Source of the DNA: a virus
Lineage: Duplodnaviria > Caudoviricetes
Strand: one strand, 5' to 3'
Length of the DNA: 51,745 bases
Virus record (IMG/VR): IMGVR_UViG_3300047565_000218
Location: 1 to 51,745 of that record
Below the pieces are notes generated by a model, which was not told where the DNA came from, searched no databases, and was given only the letters and a program-made list of their open reading frames with translations. The position numbers and the translations under genes are program-made. Shown here piece after piece: positions 8,406 to 18,208 of the stretch (position 1 is its first letter; each line of letters starts with the position of its first letter).

Positions 8406-9680
8406 TTAAATAGACAATTTAACCCCAACTAGCGCTACAGTACCTTTTACTTTTTTTGCCTTTAAATTAGGATAGAACTCAGGCTTACCTTTAAGAGTAT
8501 AGGCATGAACCTCGGCATAAGGCTTTAGTCCTGGTGCAAGTACGTGGCTAACACCTAATTTTATTGAGTTTACTTTATTCTTAAACTTCTCTGAAGCAAA
8601 ATATTGTGAATAAATTGTTGTATCCTTATTATAAGTATAGGCAATACCCCCGTTATAATAATGAGACTTATTACCGGCCTTATGTAGTTCTTTATTAGTT
8701 AAACTTTTACCAAAAGAGCCATAACAAGCATTATACTTAAAATCACCTATTTTTAATTCGCCGCCAATATTATAAGCCTTTAGGCCACTAAGTTTATATT
8801 CCGATGGATTATTATCATCCTTATTGGCAAATTTCTTAATTTTGCCTACAGACTTACCATGTTCACCGGTTACAGCTAGTTTTAATTCTGCTTCTTCTGT
8901 TAATTTTTGCTCAAATACGATTCCACCAGTTACGGCATCTTTAACTGAGTTATCAATTTCAAATCTATCGATAGCCGCTTCTTCTATTGCGTATTTTGCT
9001 ATCCCATCTGATTTATCTGATGGTTTTTCTATACCTGTATTAGCAGAATCAGGAGTGTATGATATACCAAGCTGTAGTTTACTAGAATCGGTTAAATCAA
9101 ACTTAGGAGTATAATAATTTATTGTTCTTGGCGGTTCGCTGCTATAAGTAGCAGAATCTAAACCGGCAGTTATTGAATCACCAAGGATAGTTTCTTCTGA
9201 GGTTAAGAAAGATGGTTTTGCTTTTGTACCTTGTTGTAAATACTGGATACCTGTTTTTATGTATGCAATAGGGATAGCACCATCGGTTAATGCCATATTT
9301 CTAGCAACCGGTATAGGCGAACCTGCTTCAATTTTCCCGAACTCATGTTCTAAGAATACATGAGAACCATTATAATCATTGTTTACTTTTCTTTTTGTCG
9401 TAGGAACTAAAACAATTTTAGCACCATAAGTAATATCATTTGCCGTATTTGAAATATTAGCAACAAAAGCAGTGTTATTGAAGAAAGCCATGCCTTTTTT
9501 ATTCGCTGATATGTTCTTCTCTGAACCTTTTAATTTCTCTTGCTTAGCAAATCCACTTTCAAAAGCAGCAAAAGCTCCAAATTTAATGTTTAAACCTGAT
9601 GCAACAGGTAGGGCTTCACTTGCTAAGGCAGTACTGCAACTAAGTATTATCGTTGATAAAAGATATTTTCTGATTTTCAT
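8406..9680 (-). CDS. Outer-membrane porin (alphaproteobacterial type), moron
   Basis: Signal peptide (ALA-SE), FGKIEAGS, INYYTPKF, LGISYTP, amphipathic strands, terminal strand VGVKLSI. Confidence 0.8.
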   Translation of the reverse strand: MKIRKYLLSTIILSCSTALASEALPVASGLNIKFGAFAAFESGFAKQEKLKGSEKNISANKKGMAFFNNTAFVANISNTANDITYGAKIVLVPTTKRKVNNDYNGSHVFLEHEFGKIEAGSPIPVARNMALTDGAIPIAYIKTGIQYLQQGTKAKPSFLTSEETILGDSITAGLDSATYSSEPPRTINYYTPKFDLTDSSKLQLGISYTPDSANTGIEKPSDKSDGIAKYAIEEAAIDRFEIDNSVKDAVTGGIVFEQKLTEEAELKLAVTGEHGKSVGKIKKFANKDDNNPSEYKLSGLKAYNIGGELKIGDFKYNACYGSFGKSLTNKELHKAGNKSHYYNGGIAYTYNKDTTIYSQYFASEKFKNKVNSIKLGVSHVLAPGLKPYAEVHAYTLKGKPEFYPNLKAKKVKGTVALVGVKLSI

Positions 9681-9753
9681 AATTTTACTCCTTATAGTTT
9701 TTTAATTAGATAATAAATAACATAAATAATCTCAAGACCAAAATCAAAAAATC

Positions 9754-9790
9754 ACGAGAAAATCAAGATTAGAAAGTAGTGTGTTATAAT
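9754..9790 (+). promoter_or_regulatory. Putative late promoter 1 (before terL)
   Basis: ACGA-N22-TGTGTTATAAT. Confidence 0.6.
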
Positions 9791-9824
9791 TATTTAAGTG
9801 GAAAATAATACTTAAATAATTTTG

Positions 9825-11405
9825 ATGCATCAGGAAGAGATAGAAAATCAAAGAGCAAAGCTTTCCTCTTTAAAAGAACGATACTTGGCTGCAGGCTCTT
9901 TATATGACTTCTTTAAATCGAGCTGGCCTTATATTGAGGGTAATATGCCCTATGTTGATAGCTGGCATATTGAGGCAATAGCTGAGCATTTAGAAGCAGT
10001 ATATAAGAGAGAGATCAAGAAGCTTATTATTAATGTTCCGCCCCGCACGGGCAAGACCAATTTAATATCGGTAGCCTTTCCTGCGTGGGTGTGGATACAT
10101 AACCCGAGTGAGCGGTTCTTAACTGTATCCTGCGTGAATTCCTTAAGCCTTGAGCATGCACAGAAAAACAGAGCTTTACTTGAAAGCAACTGGTATCAGG
10201 ATAATTGGGGATATAGATTCCCACTTCTTAAAGACCAGAACGTTAAAAGCTTTTTCCAGAATACAAAAACAGGATATAGGCAATCAACCAGCGTAGTATC
10301 TAAAACTGTCGGTAAAGGCGGTTCAATCATTATTATTGATGACCCTAACGACCCAGGGGATTTATCTGAAATAAAACGTGAGAACGTAATTAACTGGTGG
10401 ACGCAAAGAATGTCTACCCGTTCAAATAACCCTGCTAATGACTGCCGAATAGTTGTCCAGCAAAGAACACACGAGAATGATCTAACTGGTTATATCAGAA
10501 AGAATGACAGCGAGGGTGATTGGGTAGAGTTAGTGCTACCATTAGAATTTGAGGAAAAGCGCAAGTGTATTACTGTCCCTCTTGGCATAGATCAGGTTAT
10601 TTGGGAAGACCCCCGAAGCAAAGAAGGAGAAGTGCTAAGTAGCTTACGCTTTGGCGAGAAGCAAGTAAATGAGTTGAAAAAATTACTCGGTTCTTATGGT
10701 TATGCCGGGCAGTGCCAGCAAAGACCATCTCCAATTGGCGGCGGAATAATCAAGAAAAAATGGTTTAAGCTCTGGACTAGCCCGATTAAGCCTAAATTTG
10801 ATTATATTATCCAGAGCTGGGATACGGCAATCTCTGATGAGCCGACAGCGGCCTATTCTGCCTGTACTACGTGGGGAGTATGGGGAGAAAAATCCGAGGA
10901 TGAGCTATTTAGGATGATGCTACTTTCCGTTTGGCGGGATCGTGTAGGCTATCCGGAGCTCCGAAGCAGGGCTCAAAGACTTGCCAAAGATTATAAGGAT
11001 ATAGGTGAGCATAAGAACCCAATGCCGGCTCAAAAAACTGTTGATTGTTGTTTAATAGAAGCAAAAGCAACGGGCGATCCATTAATTCGGGATTTAAGGC
11101 TTGGAGGAGTTCCTGCTATAGGGTATGTGCCAAAAGGCGATAAGAATGCAAGAGTACAGAGAGCAGCACCTCTTATTGAGTGCGGGCTTTTATATTTACA
11201 GGCCGAAGAGAAAAACCCTGAAAGGCTAACTCTTATGGCAGAGGAGTTTTTAGAGACAGTGATAACTTTTCCAAACGGAGAATCAAAGGACTTGGTTGAT
11301 TCGATGACTCAGGCAATTCTTTACCTTAGGGATTATGACACTTTAATTCATACAAGCGATGTTAAGGAAGATGACACCATTACTAAACTCAAGAAATTAT
11401 ACTAA
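9825..11405 (+). CDS. terL: Terminase large subunit
   Basis: NVPPRTGKT Walker A, IIIIDDP Walker B, QSWDTA and DLVDSMTQA nuclease motifs. Confidence 0.95.
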   Translation: MHQEEIENQRAKLSSLKERYLAAGSLYDFFKSSWPYIEGNMPYVDSWHIEAIAEHLEAVYKREIKKLIINVPPRTGKTNLISVAFPAWVWIHNPSERFLTVSCVNSLSLEHAQKNRALLESNWYQDNWGYRFPLLKDQNVKSFFQNTKTGYRQSTSVVSKTVGKGGSIIIIDDPNDPGDLSEIKRENVINWWTQRMSTRSNNPANDCRIVVQQRTHENDLTGYIRKNDSEGDWVELVLPLEFEEKRKCITVPLGIDQVIWEDPRSKEGEVLSSLRFGEKQVNELKKLLGSYGYAGQCQQRPSPIGGGIIKKKWFKLWTSPIKPKFDYIIQSWDTAISDEPTAAYSACTTWGVWGEKSEDELFRMMLLSVWRDRVGYPELRSRAQRLAKDYKDIGEHKNPMPAQKTVDCCLIEAKATGDPLIRDLRLGGVPAIGYVPKGDKNARVQRAAPLIECGLLYLQAEEKNPERLTLMAEEFLETVITFPNGESKDLVDSMTQAILYLRDYDTLIHTSDVKEDDTITKLKKLY

Positions 11406-13792
11406 TGGCACTAAATAGTAGAGCTTTAAAAGAAGCAAGATTAAATGGTCCTGTAAAAAGACGCAAGGCTCGTAGGAAGAAAGAAAAGGATATTTTGGAT
11501 TTATCCATTCCTGCTACCATAAAGCCGAATTACTATAACATAACGCAAGAAATCCCTATAGAAGAAGAGATATTACCTGAAGAAATTGTTTCTTTAGAAC
11601 CGGAGGAGGAAATTCCTGTTTCTTTGGAAGATGAACTTTTATCTCGTATAGATACGCAAAGCGAAGAATTATCTCCTACTGCTACCCCGTTTAATAGTAA
11701 TTTTGCAAGTGAGATACCAGAAGCAGTTAGGGATAAAATAGCTGCTTACTTAGAAGAGGTAACGGCAAAAGATAAAAAAAATCGTCAGCCATGGCTTGAT
11801 ATAATCGAAAAGGCTAAAACTCTACTTGGCTTTAAAATTGAGGAAATACAAGACCCCAATAATGTCAAATCTAAATCCAATTCTTCTACCTGCAACGCTG
11901 CGCAGGTTAAGACTTACGATACTACTTTCTCTAGCAGTGTGCTCCGGCTCTGGGCAACTCTTCGCTCCGAGTTGCTTCCATCAACCGGTCCTGTAGGATT
12001 TAAAATACCTTCATATTTTGACCGCCCTCTTAATGAGAATGAATCAAATCGTCTAACTCCTAATGAAGATTACGAATTAAAAGGCGAGATGGTTAGGGAT
12101 GCTTTAAATGAGTACTTAACAGTAGAAGATAAGGGTTTTTATCCAGACTACGATCGGTTCTTATTGTACTTAATTTTATATGGGTGTGTATTTCGTAAAA
12201 TCTACTATGACTCTATTACAGGTAAGCCCTTAAGTAGGTTTATTATGCCAGAGGACTTTTTATTTGATAATAACTGCTCAAGTATTACCGAATCAAATCG
12301 TCTAACTCATATAAGGTATCTCTCAAAAAGAGAAATCCTTTTTAACATGCAGAGCGGGATATTTTCAAAAGTTGATCTTGATTACCTAGATAGCGTAGGA
12401 AGCAGCGATGGGGAAGAAGCAACGGACGACTCTAAAGCAAAACAGGTAGACCCAACAAATTCCCGTTTTCCTTTTTATGAGACGCACGAATATCTGGTTT
12501 TGAATGATTTTTTTGATAATAACAATGCATCTGAAGACTATAGTATACCATTACCTTATGTTATTACCAGATGCGGTAGCAGTAATCAGATCGTATCACT
12601 TACGCCAAACTGGGATGAAAACGATCCAACCAAAACAAGGATTAACTGCTTTATTCATTATAATTTATTCCCCGGGTTTGATGTTTTTGGACTGGGGCTT
12701 GCTCAAATACTAGGCTCTAATTCAAAGAGTTTAACTTCCATGCAGCAAATGGCAATTGATGCAGCTATTTTCCAGAATTTCCCAGGAGGAATGAAGGCTA
12801 AGGGAATAAAAACTACTAATAATGATTTGAATATATTACCTGGTCAATTCGTAACTGTTGAAACCGGTAATTTGTCCTTGCGTGATTCAATCATGCCTCT
12901 TCCTTATAACGGACCATCGCCGGCTTTGCTTGAATATATTAACCGGATAACTGCTCAGACACAGGAGCTAGCCTCCGCAACAGAGATGGGACTTACTGAA
13001 AATAATCAGAATACGCCTGTTGGTACTACCATTGCTTTGCTTGAAGTATCAAATAGGATGCAATCGGCAATAATGAGAACAGTCCATAGTAGTTTTAGTG
13101 AAGAACTACAACTCTTTTATAAAATGTTCAATTTGCCATCTCTACCTCGGGGTAATGAGAGTTTGAAAGTCATACCTGTATCTGATCCGTCTGTTGAATC
13201 TTCTACGCAGAGAATAATCAAGGCAGAGAGTATTTTAAAGTTAGCTAGTAGTAGCCCTGAGCTACATAACATGCGAGAAGTATATTTAAAAGTATATCAA
13301 GCACTCGGAGTTGGCGACATTGATAAGATATTGCTACCTGAAACACCGCCGCAAGAACAGCAGGAACAGCAACCTATAGACCCAGCCCTGCAGGTACAGA
13401 TTGCCGATATTGAGCAGCGACGACTTGAAGTAGAGTCAAGAGAACGTATAGCTCATTTAAATATTGAAGCTGATGGATATAAAACTCAAATGAACATTGA
13501 GTTAGACAAAGCGAAGATGGAATTGGATCGTTATTTAGCTGAACTTAAAGTCAAAGAACAAGAACAGATTGCTAATTCAAAATATCAAGTTGAACTTATG
13601 AAACTCGAACTAACTGAGAAAGAAAAAGTAATAGATACGCTAACCAAGGAGCAGGAAATAAACAGTAAAAATGAGCTTGAATTACTAAAACTAGAATTTA
13701 AAGCTAAAGAAACTGAGCTAAGAGCACAAGTAGAAGCTTTAAGATCAGAGTTATCATCCGTACCAAAAAAAGAGGAGGTTATTTATGGATAA
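11405..13792 (+). CDS. Portal protein (podovirus type, long C-terminal coiled coil)
   Basis: Follows TerL; GLGLAQILG, PVGTTIALLE, IPVSDP motifs. Confidence 0.88.
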   Translation: MALNSRALKEARLNGPVKRRKARRKKEKDILDLSIPATIKPNYYNITQEIPIEEEILPEEIVSLEPEEEIPVSLEDELLSRIDTQSEELSPTATPFNSNFASEIPEAVRDKIAAYLEEVTAKDKKNRQPWLDIIEKAKTLLGFKIEEIQDPNNVKSKSNSSTCNAAQVKTYDTTFSSSVLRLWATLRSELLPSTGPVGFKIPSYFDRPLNENESNRLTPNEDYELKGEMVRDALNEYLTVEDKGFYPDYDRFLLYLILYGCVFRKIYYDSITGKPLSRFIMPEDFLFDNNCSSITESNRLTHIRYLSKREILFNMQSGIFSKVDLDYLDSVGSSDGEEATDDSKAKQVDPTNSRFPFYETHEYLVLNDFFDNNNASEDYSIPLPYVITRCGSSNQIVSLTPNWDENDPTKTRINCFIHYNLFPGFDVFGLGLAQILGSNSKSLTSMQQMAIDAAIFQNFPGGMKAKGIKTTNNDLNILPGQFVTVETGNLSLRDSIMPLPYNGPSPALLEYINRITAQTQELASATEMGLTENNQNTPVGTTIALLEVSNRMQSAIMRTVHSSFSEELQLFYKMFNLPSLPRGNESLKVIPVSDPSVESSTQRIIKAESILKLASSSPELHNMREVYLKVYQALGVGDIDKILLPETPPQEQQEQQPIDPALQVQIADIEQRRLEVESRERIAHLNIEADGYKTQMNIELDKAKMELDRYLAELKVKEQEQIANSKYQVELMKLELTEKEKVIDTLTKEQEINSKNELELLKLEFKAKETELRAQVEALRSELSSVPKKEEVIYG

Positions 13793-13958
13793 ACAAGCAA
13801 GAGAATGGGCATTAAATAAAATGCGAGAAAAAGCCAAAGCCCGTGGTGAAGATTGCAGTCGTTATGCTGCTGGTGGTAGTACTAAAATTAGAAAAGATGT
13901 TGCTACCAAGAGCGGAGCGGCAGTAAAACCTAGAAATATGGGGAGGAGTGGTAAATGA
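13785..13958 (+). CDS. Small basic head-module protein, 57 aa, with YAAGG
   Basis: GAGGAGGT RBS; overlaps both neighbours; absent from ORF track. Confidence 0.7.
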   Translation: MDKQAREWALNKMREKAKARGEDCSRYAAGGSTKIRKDVATKSGAAVKPRNMGRSGK

Positions 13959-14170
13959 ACCGAAATAACATTTATAGCCGAGGCTCTTTTACCTCCGGCT
14001 TTATAGGAAGTATTGAAGCTGAGATTGATAGATACAGGCGCATTTTAAGTAATCCGGCATCAATTTCTACGCTAGAGGATTACAAATATCATGTGGGATT
14101 AATTGAGGGACTTGAGAGTTCCCTTGAACTCTTTAACAGGCACATAATAGAGGTAAATAACAATGATTAA
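13955..14170 (+). CDS. Head-module hypothetical protein
   Basis: GGAGG RBS; EDYKYHVGLIEGL; sits before groES-like gene. Confidence 0.75.
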   Translation: MNRNNIYSRGSFTSGFIGSIEAEIDRYRRILSNPASISTLEDYKYHVGLIEGLESSLELFNRHIIEVNNND

Positions 14171-14591
14171 CCATGAAATAGCCAATTACAAACCGGAAGA
14201 TTTTAAAACCAAAGGAATTGATCTGGAAGCTTTTAATAAGGAAGCAATGATAGAGAGATTTAAAGAGGTGTCAGTTACCGGAATCAATGTATTAATTCTT
14301 ATTTACAAACCGCCTGTTGAAGAGGTTACAAGAGGAGGAATTATAAAACCGCCAAGCGCCGTCCAAGATGATCTGGAATATAATTCAATGGTTGGAATGG
14401 TATTAAAGCTTGGCCCCGATAGTTATAAAGGTGATCAGTTTCCAAGCGGTCCTTATGTCAAAGCTGGAGACTGGGTTATATTCCCCCGTGGTTCATCATT
14501 GCAGTCAAAATATGAGGGTGAGCCGATAATTATGGTAGAGGATTTTAAAATCAAGCTACTAGTTGATAATCCATCAAAAGTATCAAGGTAA
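14163..14591 (+). CDS. groES: GroES-like co-chaperonin
   Basis: EEVTRGGII, VGMVLKLGPDSY, VKAGDWVIF. Confidence 0.8.
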   Translation: MINHEIANYKPEDFKTKGIDLEAFNKEAMIERFKEVSVTGINVLILIYKPPVEEVTRGGIIKPPSAVQDDLEYNSMVGMVLKLGPDSYKGDQFPSGPYVKAGDWVIFPRGSSLQSKYEGEPIIMVEDFKIKLLVDNPSKVSR

Positions 14592-14595
14592 GAAT

Positions 14596-15582
14596 ATGTT
14601 TAAAATAGATATTGAAAATACAACCGATTTAAACGCTGCTATTCCTCCTTTAAAAGAAGTGACTGAAAATAAGGACGAGAAAGGTGATGATAAAGAAGTG
14701 CAAGCCGCTGTTGAAGACTTAGGCGAAGATATACAAGCTCTAGATAGCAATGCCGATAAAAGCGATATTCCCGAGGATACCACAAAGCTAGAGGAAAAAG
14801 CTGCTAAAACATCTACACCTGACAAAGATAAGGAAAAATACTGGTCTAAATTAAAAAAAGAACGGGAAGAAAAAGCCGCAATGGCCGAGCAGTTAGAGCA
14901 GTTACATAAGGAAAAACTGCAAATGGAACAGTTACTTGCTCAGGCAATAAATACCGGTTCTACTTATTATAAGAACAATGTAGCCAGCGAACTTGAAATG
15001 GCTCAGGCAAGGTTGCAGTTAGCACTGGAAAGCGGAGATGCTGCAGGAGTTAGCAGAGCTACGGCTGACATTTCAAAAGCATCGTATGCCCTAAATGATG
15101 CCGCTAAAATAGGTAGTTTTCCTAAAGAAGAATACTCACAAGAGCATCTAAATCAGATTAGGGCAAAGGAATATCAAGATAGGTTATATAGCTGGCTTGA
15201 AAGTAATCCTGAAGTAGATAGAAACGCCCCTGAGTATGATGAGAAGCTAGCGGCATCAGTATTATCCTTTATTACCAAACTGGATCGTAAATACCAGACC
15301 GGAGGAAAGGAACATCTAATAGGCTCTGGTAGTTATTACGGCATGATAGATGATTATATTGATAATTTAAAAATGCCAGATACTTCCTCTGCAAGTATTC
15401 CTGCCAAACATTTTGGAGCGGTTCGAAGCCGCGCGCCACGAGAATCAATACCTGATCCAAAAACAAGGGAATTAAGCGATAGAGAGAAAAAGGCAGCTCT
15501 TGCTTTTGGTATGTCTTACGAGAGGTACCGGGAGCTTCTAGATCAACGTAACAAAGAAATGAGGTCAAAAAATGGCAATTAA
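14596..15582 (+). CDS. Probable scaffolding protein
   Basis: Acidic N-terminus, coiled coil, C-terminal LSDREKKAALAFGMSYERY; head-module position. Confidence 0.7.
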   Translation: MFKIDIENTTDLNAAIPPLKEVTENKDEKGDDKEVQAAVEDLGEDIQALDSNADKSDIPEDTTKLEEKAAKTSTPDKDKEKYWSKLKKEREEKAAMAEQLEQLHKEKLQMEQLLAQAINTGSTYYKNNVASELEMAQARLQLALESGDAAGVSRATADISKASYALNDAAKIGSFPKEEYSQEHLNQIRAKEYQDRLYSWLESNPEVDRNAPEYDEKLAASVLSFITKLDRKYQTGGKEHLIGSGSYYGMIDDYIDNLKMPDTSSASIPAKHFGAVRSRAPRESIPDPKTRELSDREKKAALAFGMSYERYRELLDQRNKEMRSKNGN

Positions 15583-16027
15583 ATATAAACAAGACAAAAA
15601 TAATGAATTTCTATCTATTAATAGAGATATCAGGGAGCATGAACTTGAAGGAAGTGATTTTGATTTAATGTTCACCGATTCAACCTGTCCTTTTAAAGCT
15701 TTAATTGATGAGATAAAACAACCGGGTGAGGAATATTATTTTGCTCTTAACTCTCCTGAACGCATTAACAGGTTACTGGCAAAGAAGTGGTATATCGTAT
15801 CTTCTGATAGGCTTAAAAACAAACGTACTTATAGAGGAAATTTAAGAGAGGAAAATGATTGTATTACTACTGGTGATACTATCCTCTTGGCAAGAGATGA
15901 ACGTTACGGCCTAAAAGAACGAGCATATTATGAAGGAAAAGCGGTAAAAGTCATGAGAGATACTTTGCAGAAAGTACAGACCGATATCTACAATCCGGTC
16001 ATGCCGTTTTCTGATAGAGCAATGTAG
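15572..16027 (+). CDS. Head-module hypothetical protein
   Basis: Coupled ORF. Confidence 0.7.
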   Translation: MAIKYKQDKNNEFLSINRDIREHELEGSDFDLMFTDSTCPFKALIDEIKQPGEEYYFALNSPERINRLLAKKWYIVSSDRLKNKRTYRGNLREENDCITTGDTILLARDERYGLKERAYYEGKAVKVMRDTLQKVQTDIYNPVMPFSDRAM

Positions 16028-16036
16028 AAGAATATC

Positions 16037-17134
16037 ATGTCATATTCTAAAATCATACTTAATAGAGATATTAAACTATCATGGGCTTATCCTTTTACGG
16101 GAGGAGAAATAATCAACGATTTTAATGATATTGAGCCAACGGAAAGTAACTATACTCTTTCTCTACCTCCTGCAAATGTTGTATCAACTGGTACTAATTT
16201 TGTAATTAATAATGTCGGTATCGATGATTTTGTTCTTTTAGATAATGATGGAATACCATTACCAATATCTTCTATCGCAGGAGGAGAAATAAGACAATTA
16301 TATTTAACGGATTCTTCAACTGCTGCAGGTTTATGGCAGGTAATACCTTTTGGTGGAGGTACTAGCGGTCTTGTTAGTTTCTCAGTTGAGAGTTTGAATC
16401 AGTCTTTAAGTGTAAAGCCTGGTACTATTATTCCTCCTAGTAATTTAAACATTCAATTTGCCTTATCTGATTCATTAAATAATTTAAATAATCTAACTAC
16501 TCAGGTACAGAATGGGTTTTTAGTAATAACGGGTAATACTCCGCTTTCCTACGTTAGCAGAAAAATAGGAGGTGGGACTAATATAGATGTACAAAGTGGT
16601 GATGGAGCTACCAATGATGTAATTATTAATTTAGCCGATTCTCTAGTTGGATTATCAAGTATTAATGTCGGTAATCTGTCAATATCGGTAAATACGATCA
16701 CAACAGCAACTGGTAGTCAGGATATTAACCTAGCTACTGTAGATGATGGAGTAATTAATTTAAACAGTACTCAAATTGATGGCAGCGGTAATATGACAAT
16801 ACCGGGGAAGATTATAAATCCTGCTACTGCTAAAGCTTATTGTTTCTTTTACGATAATAATGCCGCAAGTAACAATATTCAGATAGAGAGCAGCTTTAAT
16901 ATAGCCTCGGTTAGTGGAGCGCAAGGGTCATATGTTATAACGTTTGCTACTCCTTTTCCTGATGGTAATTATTTAGTATTACCGGCACTTAGCAGAGGAA
17001 CGGAAGTCATAGCGCCGTTTCAGGTGTTCTTTAGGTCTAAAACGGCAACAGAAGTCATCATTTTTACAGTCGATACACTTGGTAATTTGCTTCCCGTACT
17101 TGATGGTGTATCCGTGGTGGTATTTGGTAATTAA
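16037..17134 (+). CDS. Virion fibre/appendage-like structural protein
   Basis: Beta-rich G/T/N/S sequence; LSLPPA..GTNFVINN and C-terminal SFNIASVS..GSYVITF motifs. Confidence 0.6.
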   Translation: MSYSKIILNRDIKLSWAYPFTGGEIINDFNDIEPTESNYTLSLPPANVVSTGTNFVINNVGIDDFVLLDNDGIPLPISSIAGGEIRQLYLTDSSTAAGLWQVIPFGGGTSGLVSFSVESLNQSLSVKPGTIIPPSNLNIQFALSDSLNNLNNLTTQVQNGFLVITGNTPLSYVSRKIGGGTNIDVQSGDGATNDVIINLADSLVGLSSINVGNLSISVNTITTATGSQDINLATVDDGVINLNSTQIDGSGNMTIPGKIINPATAKAYCFFYDNNAASNNIQIESSFNIASVSGAQGSYVITFATPFPDGNYLVLPALSRGTEVIAPFQVFFRSKTATEVIIFTVDTLGNLLPVLDGVSVVVFGN

Positions 17135-17209
17135 AGAGGTATAATTAGCCTACTATTTTCTAATAAAACATGTTATACTTATTTAAGGTAATAATTAAGA
17201 GAGGTTAAT

Positions 17210-17506
17210 ATGAAAAGATTAAGCATAGATATACCGAATGAATTACACCATATGTTAAAAGTTCATACTTCTTATAAAGAGTGTAAAATAAAAGATTTTG
17301 TTACAAAGGCAATTCAAAACAAAATAAAGCTTGAACAACAAGTACATATATCAAAAAATATTCCTAATGCAGAGACTATTAAAACTTTTGAAGAATCAGA
17401 TCAAGGAATTGGTATTACAAGTTTTAATTCTAAAGAAGATTTTTTTAAACATCTTGATAAATTACAGATGGAAGTAGAACAAGAATTAGTTAAAGAAAAT
17501 AAATGA
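17210..17506 (+). CDS. RHH antitoxin (DinJ/RelB-like)
   Basis: MKRLSIDIPNELH RHH and IPNAETIKT; precedes YafQ. Confidence 0.8.
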   Translation: MKRLSIDIPNELHHMLKVHTSYKECKIKDFVTKAIQNKIKLEQQVHISKNIPNAETIKTFEESDQGIGITSFNSKEDFFKHLDKLQMEVEQELVKENK

Positions 17507-17796
17507 ATATTAATATAATTTCTACTACTAAATTTGACAAAGAATTTAAATTGTCTCTAAGACGAGGTAAAAAGAAAGAGAATTTAGATAAGATTATAAA
17601 TTTATTGTTGGATAATATTAATAAGGGTATAGAACCTCATTTATTGCTTCCAACTAAATACAAATTACATAAATTATCTGGTAAGTATGTAAATCATTGG
17701 GAATGTCATATAGAACCTGATTGGCTACTTGTATATTATTTAGATGATGAAGTGCTTAGACTAGAACGAACCGGTACTCATAGCGATATTTTTTAA
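17503..17796 (+). CDS. yafQ: YafQ-family mRNA interferase
   Basis: HKLSG..WECHIEPDWLLVY..LERTGTHSDIF. Confidence 0.92.
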   Translation: MNINIISTTKFDKEFKLSLRRGKKKENLDKIINLLLDNINKGIEPHLLLPTKYKLHKLSGKYVNHWECHIEPDWLLVYYLDDEVLRLERTGTHSDIF

Positions 17797-17807
17797 GTTA
17801 TGGATTT

Positions 17808-17954
17808 ATGACAAAGAAAATCAAGTATACAAAAGGTGAAATCGGTAAAAATGATTTAGAACTTGCTATTTCTGGACTTCGTAATGATAACAAATGGCTT
17901 AAGGGGCTAATGTTTGTCATTATTGGTTTATTAGTAAAAGTAGCGTTTTTTTAA
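17808..17954 (+). CDS. 48-aa peptide with C-terminal transmembrane segment
   Basis: MTKKIKYTKGEIGKNDLE...WLKGLMFVIIGLLVKVAFF; possibly a remnant. Confidence 0.4.
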   Translation: MTKKIKYTKGEIGKNDLELAISGLRNDNKWLKGLMFVIIGLLVKVAFF

Positions 17955-17969
17955 AAATGAAAGTACGAT

Positions 17970-17998
17970 TTGATTAATCAAATATTTTATAGTAATAT
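17970..17998 (+). promoter_or_regulatory. Promoter for capsid operon
   Basis: TTGATT-17-TAATAT; palindrome ATTTGATTAATCAAAT over the -35. Confidence 0.5.
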
Positions 17999-18004
17999 TT
18001 AGTT

Positions 18005-18160
18005 AGATAAAATGATAAGTCCTTACAATTGGTTCTACAAGAATTGTCGTCATTGCTAGACGTTAAAAGGCTAGTTTTGAAACTTATCTATAACAAAGTT
18101 TATCGTCATAACTAGACGTTAAAAGGTCTCCTGAGCTTGAATTAGCTTATCTTTTTTTAA
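18005..18160 (+). ncRNA. Structured leader with two pseudoknot-like repeats
   Basis: TCGTCATnnCTAGACGTTAAAAGG at 18047 and 18103 with a compensatory change. Confidence 0.5.
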
Positions 18161-18208
18161 ATTTAAAATATTTACGTTTTTTAATAATTAACAATATACG
18201 AGGAAATT

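Noticed and set aside
18047-18127. Minimal CRISPR array (25-nt repeats, 31-nt spacer)
   Set aside because: Only two imperfect copies, no cas genes; leader position and covariation fit a cis RNA better
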